Assembly (NCBI GenBank): GCA_965199955.1 | Contig: CBDATQ010000001.1 | Location: 1,600,001 to 1,664,000 of the forward strand | Source of the DNA: Spirochaetia bacterium | Lineage (GTDB): Bacteria > Spirochaetota > Spirochaetia > SZUA-6 > Bin103 | Direction: 5' to 3' | DNA length: 64,000 nucleotides | Part shown: piece by piece, positions 58,320 through 64,000 of the stretch | Layout: each line of letters opens with the position of its first letter | How positions within the stretch are numbered: the stretch's first letter is position 1 | Notes under the pieces: model-generated | Database searches by the model: none | The model's input: only the letters and a program-made list of their open reading frames with translations | Told to the model about the DNA's origin: nothing | Program-made: the position numbers and the translations under genes

Positions 58320-59381
58320 ATGCACTACCATCAACTCGGCGGCTCGGGGCTGCAGGTCGCGCGCATCGGGCTGGGCTGCATCCCGTTCGGGACCACGATC
58401 GACGGAGAAGCGAGCAGGCGCATGGTCGACCGCTACCTGGACGCCGGCGGCAACTACCTGGACACGGCCAACGTCTACGGCGGCGGCATGCGCGGCTCGC
58501 ACGAACGCGACGCCGGCACCTCCGAGCGCACGGTGGGGGCGGTGGTGGCCGGCCGCCGCGACCGGTTCGTGATCGGCACCAAGGGCGCCTGGACCATGAC
58601 CGACGACGTGCGCCCGAACGGCTTCGGCCTGTCGCGCACCTACCTGGCGCGCGCGATCGACGCCAGCCTGCGCCGGCTCGGCACCGACTGGATCGACCTG
58701 TACCAGTGCCATGTGTGGGACCCGTACACGCCGATCGAGGAGACCATGCGGGTGCTGGACGACGCGGTGCGCGCCGGCAAGATCCGCTACGTGGGCGTCA
58801 GCAACTGGGGCGGCTGGCAGGTGGTCAAGGCCAACATGCACGCGGACCGCCACGGGCTGACGCCGATCGTCTCCAACCAGATCTGGTACAACCTGGCCGA
58901 CCGCACCGCGGAGTTCGCGCTGATCCCGGCGTGCCGCGACCAGAGCGTGTCGATCATGGTCTGGGGCGGCTACGCGCAGGGCTTCCTGACCGGCCGCTAC
59001 ACGCGCGACATGGACGTGCCGCCGCCCGGGTCGCGCATCACCGCGAGCAAGCCCGAGGAGTCCAGCTCCTGGGAACGGCTTGCGGTCGACAGGGTCTGGG
59101 ACACGCAGGAGGTCATGCGAGGCGTGGCCGCCCGCCACGGGCGGTCACTGGCGAACGTCGCCATGGCGTGGCTGCTGCAGAGCGGCCGCTGCGACGTGGC
59201 GCTACTCGGAGCGTTCGCCCCCGAGCAGCTCGACGACGGGCTGGGTGCGCTGGAGCTGACGCTCGACGGCGACGAACTGGCCGAGCTCGACCGCGTGAGC
59301 CGCCTGCCGGCGCCGTACCCGATGAACTTCTGGAACACCTTCTGCTACCACGACAGCGAGCACTACGGCGGCCTGCGCTAG
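58320..59381 (+). CDS. Aldo/keto reductase
   Basis: 'LGGSGLQV', 'DTANVY', 'SLRRLGTDWIDLYQCH', 'GKIRYVGVSN'. Confidence 0.92.
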   Translation: MHYHQLGGSGLQVARIGLGCIPFGTTIDGEASRRMVDRYLDAGGNYLDTANVYGGGMRGSHERDAGTSERTVGAVVAGRRDRFVIGTKGAWTMTDDVRPNGFGLSRTYLARAIDASLRRLGTDWIDLYQCHVWDPYTPIEETMRVLDDAVRAGKIRYVGVSNWGGWQVVKANMHADRHGLTPIVSNQIWYNLADRTAEFALIPACRDQSVSIMVWGGYAQGFLTGRYTRDMDVPPPGSRITASKPEESSSWERLAVDRVWDTQEVMRGVAARHGRSLANVAMAWLLQSGRCDVALLGAFAPEQLDDGLGALELTLDGDELAELDRVSRLPAPYPMNFWNTFCYHDSEHYGGLR

Positions 59382-59765
59382 CTATTCCGTCGGCTCGTCA
59401 TCCGCCTCCAGGAGGTCGAAGTCCGAGTCGGCGTATTCGAGAGAGGCGTCGTGGCGGCGGGCGCAGGCGGCGATGAGCACGTCGGCCGCCGGAGCGGTCA
59501 CGCCGCGGGCGCGCGCTCGCCGCGCCAGATCGTACGCGGCCTGCCAGACGCGGCCGTCGATGGGTACCTCGGGAAGCGTGCGCGCGAAGTGGCGCAGGAC
59601 CCGGTGTTCCTGAGCCCCGCGGGCACCGCTCCACAGCTCGAGTTGAACCGGCGGGCACCAGCAGGCCTGCCCGGCCCTCAGCGCGGCGTCGACGCGGCTG
59701 CGGACCTCCGGGTCACCCTGCGGACGCAGGAAGTGTATCCAGGACGACGTGTCGACGAGAATCAG
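59382..59765 (-). CDS. vapC: VapC PIN-domain toxin with no canonical start codon (CTG)
   Basis: Missing from the track. Reads (L)ILVDTSSWIHFLRPQGDPEVR...ELWSGAR...PAADVLIAACA...YADSDFDLL..*. Confidence 0.8.
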   Translation of the reverse strand: MILVDTSSWIHFLRPQGDPEVRSRVDAALRAGQACWCPPVQLELWSGARGAQEHRVLRHFARTLPEVPIDGRVWQAAYDLARRARARGVTAPAADVLIAACARRHDASLEYADSDFDLLEADDEPTE

Positions 59766-59769
59766 CGGC

Positions 59770-59973
59770 TCAACCCCGGCGCCGTGCGGCTTGCAACTCC
59801 TGCGGCGTCATCAGATCGTCGCAGGTGCCCGCGTATTTGGTGAGCTCCGCCATGCGCATGCGGCGGTTGAAGTCCGCAACGGCGTTGACGACGGCCTCAC
59901 GCTTGGTCTTCGCGTTCGTGAACTTGATAGCATCCTCCAATTCGCGATCGGGAATATCTATGGTGGTCTTCAT
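59770..59973 (-). CDS. vapB: VapB antitoxin
   Basis: 'MKTTIDIPDRELEDAIKFTNAKTKREAVV.AVADFNRR'; close paralog of 54784-54987. Confidence 0.85.
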   Translation of the reverse strand: MKTTIDIPDRELEDAIKFTNAKTKREAVVNAVADFNRRMRMAELTKYAGTCDDLMTPQELQAARRRG

Positions 59974-60217
59974 GATGCCAAGATGATCAGTCTGCGAATA
60001 TCGGTCAACGGAACGGCAGACCTTATTTTTTTAGGCCGCAACCGCATCCGGGAGTTTGAGTGCTGCAGACCATGAAGTCCGCTTCGTCCCGCGCCGCTCG
60101 TCGATCGGAGTGTGGTGCAGCGCGACGAATCGCGTCTGTCTTGACCTGCACGCTGCGTTCCACAAGGATCTGAGCGACGTCGGGGGGTCCCGCGACGCTC
60201 CCGACCAGGAGGAGATC

Positions 60218-62101
60218 GTGAAGAGATTCATCGGATTGATCGCGGGCCTCATGGTCATCGGTGCGATTGCGTCTGCGCAGTACATCGAAGGCCCTTGGTT
60301 CGCGGAGGCGGTGGCGCGCGGCGACTTGCCGCCGATCGAGGAGAGGTTGCCGGTGGAGCCGCTGGTGCTGGCGCCTGGCGCCGGCTACGCGTTCCCGGCT
60401 GACGGCAGGCACACGGAGGGCTCGTACGACCGCAGCTCGACCGACCTGCCCAACATCCAGGGGCTGACCTCTACGCCATTCAGGAATCATCGGTTCGAGG
60501 TCGAGCTGCTGCCGTGGGCCTGGAAGGGCTGGGAAGGCTCGGACGACAACATGACCTGGACGTTCTACCTGCGCGAGGGCATGAAGTGGTCGGACGGTGA
60601 GGACTACACCGCCGACGACATCGTGTTCTGGTTCGAGAACGTGCACGGCGACGGTGATGCCGCGGTCCAATACCGGGAAGCGGGCGCCATGAACAAGAAC
60701 GCGGTGGCCGAAGGGACCGAGCGCCTGGAAAAGGTGGACGACTACACGCTGCGCTTCCACCTCAAGGCACCGGACCCGCGCTTCGAGTGGCTGGTGGGAC
60801 AGCGCTCCGAGCGTGAGCTGCTGAACGTCGACGACCACTACCTGCCGCAGTACCACCCGGCCGGCGGCGACGCCGAGGCGCTGGCCGCCAAGGTGTCGGC
60901 GGGCGGGTTCGACACCTGGATGCAACTCTTCGAGGACCGGCGCGACCGTCATGGCAACACCAACCCGGACAAGCCGCACCTGATGCCGTGGGGCCCGTCG
61001 GACCCGCCGCCGGCCAACCCGGCGGTGTTCACCGCCAACCCGTACAACTTCGCGGTGGATGATCGCGGCCAGCAGCTTCCCTACCTGGAGACCCAGCGCT
61101 ACTTCCTGGTTTCCGACGGCGAGGCGCAGAAGCTGCGTCTTCTGGCAGGCGGCGACAGTTGGGGGATCATCAAGACCCTGGAGTCACTGCCGCTAGCCAA
61201 GCGCGCGCAGGAAGACGGCAAGATCAGGTTCCAGCTCACCCCCAAGGGCGACGCCTACAAGTCGACGGTGACGCTGTTGAACATGAACGCGCAAGAGGAG
61301 TGGAAGGCGGAGCTGTTCCGCGACGTGCGCTTCCGCACGGCCTACTCGCTGTTCATCCCGCGGCGCAAGATCGCCGACATCATGTACGCAGGCGCCCCGC
61401 TGCCGACGCTGGGCGGCTTCATGTATGAGACCGACCATCCGTGGTACCTCCCGGAGCTGGGCCAATCGCCGCTGATCGAGCAGGATCTGGACCGCGCCAA
61501 CGCGTTGCTGGACGAGCTCCTGCCCAACAAGGACGCCGACGGCTTCCGCCTCGGCCCCGACGGCAACCCGGTCACGTTCTTTCTTGCAACCGTGACCCAC
61601 GACGAGTGGGAGCAGGCGGCCAACATCATCATGGAGGACCTGCACCTGATCGGCTTCAAGGCCAACCACCGCGCTACCGCGTGGGGCGGCTGGGGTGCAT
61701 TCGTCAATTCGATGGAGTGGGACATCATCGTCGACCAGAGCACGGAGGGCTGGAAGAGCCAGCTCCCGGAGCGGCAGTCGCTGATCGTTCCCACCGGACG
61801 GTTCGGTCCCAACTGGGCCTACTCGTGGTGGGAGTGGCTGGACTCAGGTGGCGAGAAGGGCGAGGAGCCGCCGCAGGAGATCAAGGACAACTGGGATCTG
61901 TTCCACCAGATGATCCAGGAGGCGGACGCGGACAAGCTCACCGAGCTCACCCACGAGTGGTACCGCCGCCAGGCCGAGCAGGTCTGGACCCTTCCGCACC
62001 TGACGTTCCCGCCCGAGTTCGACGTGTGGCAGCCCAACTTCAAGGGCGTCCACCCCAGGACCGGCCGGCCGTTCGAGTTCGGAGGCATGTGGTACGAGTA
62101 G
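60218..62101 (+). CDS. Family-5 (DppA/OppA-like) ABC solute-binding protein
   Basis: SD AGGAGG + GTG; signal peptide; 'LPPIEERLP', 'TFYLREGMKWSDGEDYTADDI', 'VDDRGQQLPYL'. Confidence 0.9.
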   Translation: MKRFIGLIAGLMVIGAIASAQYIEGPWFAEAVARGDLPPIEERLPVEPLVLAPGAGYAFPADGRHTEGSYDRSSTDLPNIQGLTSTPFRNHRFEVELLPWAWKGWEGSDDNMTWTFYLREGMKWSDGEDYTADDIVFWFENVHGDGDAAVQYREAGAMNKNAVAEGTERLEKVDDYTLRFHLKAPDPRFEWLVGQRSERELLNVDDHYLPQYHPAGGDAEALAAKVSAGGFDTWMQLFEDRRDRHGNTNPDKPHLMPWGPSDPPPANPAVFTANPYNFAVDDRGQQLPYLETQRYFLVSDGEAQKLRLLAGGDSWGIIKTLESLPLAKRAQEDGKIRFQLTPKGDAYKSTVTLLNMNAQEEWKAELFRDVRFRTAYSLFIPRRKIADIMYAGAPLPTLGGFMYETDHPWYLPELGQSPLIEQDLDRANALLDELLPNKDADGFRLGPDGNPVTFFLATVTHDEWEQAANIIMEDLHLIGFKANHRATAWGGWGAFVNSMEWDIIVDQSTEGWKSQLPERQSLIVPTGRFGPNWAYSWWEWLDSGGEKGEEPPQEIKDNWDLFHQMIQEADADKLTELTHEWYRRQAEQVWTLPHLTFPPEFDVWQPNFKGVHPRTGRPFEFGGMWYE

Positions 62102-62127
62102 CGCCGATGCGCTGACCGTACTCGCCA

Positions 62128-62159
62128 CGAAGGGTATCCCGCCGGCGGGATGCCCTTCG
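62128..62159. terminator. Stem-loop downstream of the SBP gene
   Basis: cgaagggtatcccgc..gcgggatgcccttcg inverted repeat. Confidence 0.55.
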
Positions 62160-62181
62160 CACTTAACGTGGAGGCAGAGGG

Positions 62182-62964
62182 ATGATCGACGCTGCCGCGA
62201 TGGCTTGGCCGGAAGCGCGTCGCAGGATTCCGGCGAGGGGGCTCCGCGTGCCGGTGGCGCCGCCGTGGCCGGCGATCGCCGGCTGCTTGATCTTGCTGCT
62301 GGCGATGCCTGCGGCTCTGACGGCCCAGGAACGGCAGGAGGAGCGGGAGGAGATGGTGAACCGCCAGATCGCCGCACGCGGGGTGAGCGACGAGCGCGTG
62401 CTTCAGGCGATGCGCACCGTGCCGCGCCATCGGTTCGTGCCGGAGCGCCTGTCGCGCTCGGCGTACAACGACCATCCGCTGCCGATCGGGGAGGGGCAGA
62501 CCATCTCCCAGCCCTACATCGTCGCACTGATGACCGAGACGCTGGAGGTCGAGGAGGACGACCGCGTGCTTGAAATCGGCACCGGCTCGGCCTACCAGGC
62601 GGCGGTGCTCGCGGAGCTGGCGGCGGAGGTGTACTCGATCGAGATCCGCGGGCCGCTGGCCGATTCGGCGGCCGCGCTGCTGGAGGAGCTGGAGTACACC
62701 AACGTGCAGACCAGGCACGCCGACGGCTACTACGGCTGGCCGGAGGCGGCGCCGTTCGACCACATCATGATCACCGCCGCGGTCGACCACGTGCCGCCGC
62801 CGCTGCTGGAGCAGCTCGCGGCTGGCGGCCGGCTGATCCTGCCGCTCGGCAATCCGTTCGCCCACCAGAGCCTTGTGGTGGTCACCAAACTGGAGAACGG
62901 CTTCCGCATGCAGGAGATCCTAGGGGTGCTGTTCGTGCCGATGACCGGCGCCGCCCTGAACTGA
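62182..62964 (+). CDS. pcm: Protein-L-isoaspartate O-methyltransferase, with a signal-like N-terminal extension
   Basis: 'VPRHRFVP', 'PIGEGQTISQPYIVALM', 'VLEIGTGS', 'GWPEAAPFD', 'FVPM'. Confidence 0.93.
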   Translation: MIDAAAMAWPEARRRIPARGLRVPVAPPWPAIAGCLILLLAMPAALTAQERQEEREEMVNRQIAARGVSDERVLQAMRTVPRHRFVPERLSRSAYNDHPLPIGEGQTISQPYIVALMTETLEVEEDDRVLEIGTGSAYQAAVLAELAAEVYSIEIRGPLADSAAALLEELEYTNVQTRHADGYYGWPEAAPFDHIMITAAVDHVPPPLLEQLAAGGRLILPLGNPFAHQSLVVVTKLENGFRMQEILGVLFVPMTGAALN

Positions 62965-63006
62965 TGTCGCTGACCTTCGCGGCCGCACCCCTCTTGGAGG
63001 AATCCC

Positions 63007-63975
63007 GTGAGTGATGTCCCGCGCCGAGACCGCCCCCCCTACCGGAAGCCCATCGTCGCCGCGCTGGCGGTCCTGGTCGGCGTGCCGCTGCTGCTTGCCG
63101 GCTGCCGGCAACCGGGCATGGTCCCAGACTCGCCGGACGCTGCGCAACTGCGCATCGCGACCTGGAATCTCGAGCATCTGAACGACACCGACGACGCTGG
63201 CTGCGTGCCTCGGGACGAGGCGGACTACGACGCCATCGCCGACCGTATCCGGGAGATCGCCCCGGACGTGGTGGCGTTCCAGGAAGTGGAGAACATGGAA
63301 GCAGCGCTTCGCGTGTTCCCCGCAACACATTGGCACGTGGAAGTGTCCACGCGTCCCGAACCGGCAGCAGCGCCGCGCAAATGCTGGGGACTTCCCGGCA
63401 AATACCTCCACCATCAGGCGACCGGGTTCGCCATTCGCAAGGACATTGTCTACCATCGCAACAAAGACTTGGAATCCCTCGGCGACCCGGTTTCGTCGCA
63501 GCGCTGGGGTACTGACATCACCGTCACGTTCGGCGACCGCACACTGCGCCTGCTGTCCGTGCACCTCAAGTCGGGATGCTGGTCGGCCGAACAAGACGCG
63601 AGCGAGTCCCGCACGCAGACCTGCGCCACGCTGAGAAACCAGGTTCTCGAACTCAGGTCCTGGGCCGACCGCCGGGAGGACGAGCGGGCCGCTTTCGGCA
63701 TCCTGGGCGACTTCAACCGCCGTCTCGCCATAAGCGACGACTGGGCCTGGAGAGAGCTGTCGCCGGAATCATCTCCGCTCGGTCTTCTCACCGCGGACAT
63801 CGAAGCTCGGTGCGATCCGCGATACGAGGAATTCATCGACCACATCGTGCTCGACTCGACTGCGGCAGCATTGCTTGTCCCGGGATCGACCCATGAGTGG
63901 CCCCGTCACGATGACCATCCGGATCACTGTGCCGTGTCGACCGATCTCCGGGTCAATCGGCCAGCCGTCCCGTGA
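63007..63975 (+). CDS. Endonuclease/exonuclease/phosphatase family lipoprotein
   Basis: Lipobox LLLAG-C; 'IATWNLEH', 'AFQEV', 'VHLKSGC', 'GDFN', 'IDH', 'DHCAV'. Confidence 0.88.
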   Translation: MSDVPRRDRPPYRKPIVAALAVLVGVPLLLAGCRQPGMVPDSPDAAQLRIATWNLEHLNDTDDAGCVPRDEADYDAIADRIREIAPDVVAFQEVENMEAALRVFPATHWHVEVSTRPEPAAAPRKCWGLPGKYLHHQATGFAIRKDIVYHRNKDLESLGDPVSSQRWGTDITVTFGDRTLRLLSVHLKSGCWSAEQDASESRTQTCATLRNQVLELRSWADRREDERAAFGILGDFNRRLAISDDWAWRELSPESSPLGLLTADIEARCDPRYEEFIDHIVLDSTAAALLVPGSTHEWPRHDDHPDHCAVSTDLRVNRPAVP

Positions 63976-64000
63976 CCGGAACTCGATCGAGATCCGCGAC

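Noticed and set aside
56607..59138. 1361-aa ORF 55053..59138 (-) as a giant protein
   Set aside because: The upstream part is the antisense shadow of two real + strand genes; only 55053-56606 is protein-like.
59974..60217. Possible riboswitch upstream of the SBP
   Set aside because: No recognisable aptamer consensus; only a T-run and a weak TTGACC-17-AAGGAT promoter-like match.
1..64000. CRISPR array, rRNA, tRNA or prophage
   Set aside because: No regularly spaced repeats, RNA-gene signatures, cas genes or phage structural genes seen by eye; a covariance search could still find small RNAs.

Overview
High-GC bacterial chromosomal window with no rRNA, tRNA or CRISPR array detectable by eye. 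It is dominated by carbohydrate-scavenging genes: six apparently intact and three broken paralogs of a non-canonical GH32/GH43-like beta-propeller protein (one fused to a heparinase II/III-like domain), two GH20 hexosaminidases, two GHL10-like TIM-barrel proteins, a BNR/sialidase-like protein, a YdjC deacetylase, two class-III aminotransferases, a DgoD-like dehydratase, oxidoreductases and ABC transport components. It also carries an MMPL/LolA-like/outer-membrane-protein cassette, an aapJQMP operon, two PhyH dioxygenases and two ASPIC/UnbV (CRTAC1-like) proteins, one fused to a DUF318/ArsP-type permease. About 44.9-55 kb is a mosaic of gene fragments, most not captured as intact ORFs in the track: LplB permease, solute-binding protein, ParD, GH141-like, DUF4097, HigBA, a decayed IS256 and a relic of a SIR2 gene resembling those partnered with short Argonautes. 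Two paralogous vapBC modules bracket a 4.3-kb cassette. The gene content resembles marine invertebrate (sponge) symbiont genomes, which is inference only. Family calls come from motif recognition without database searches, and several single-base frameshifts could be sequencing errors.
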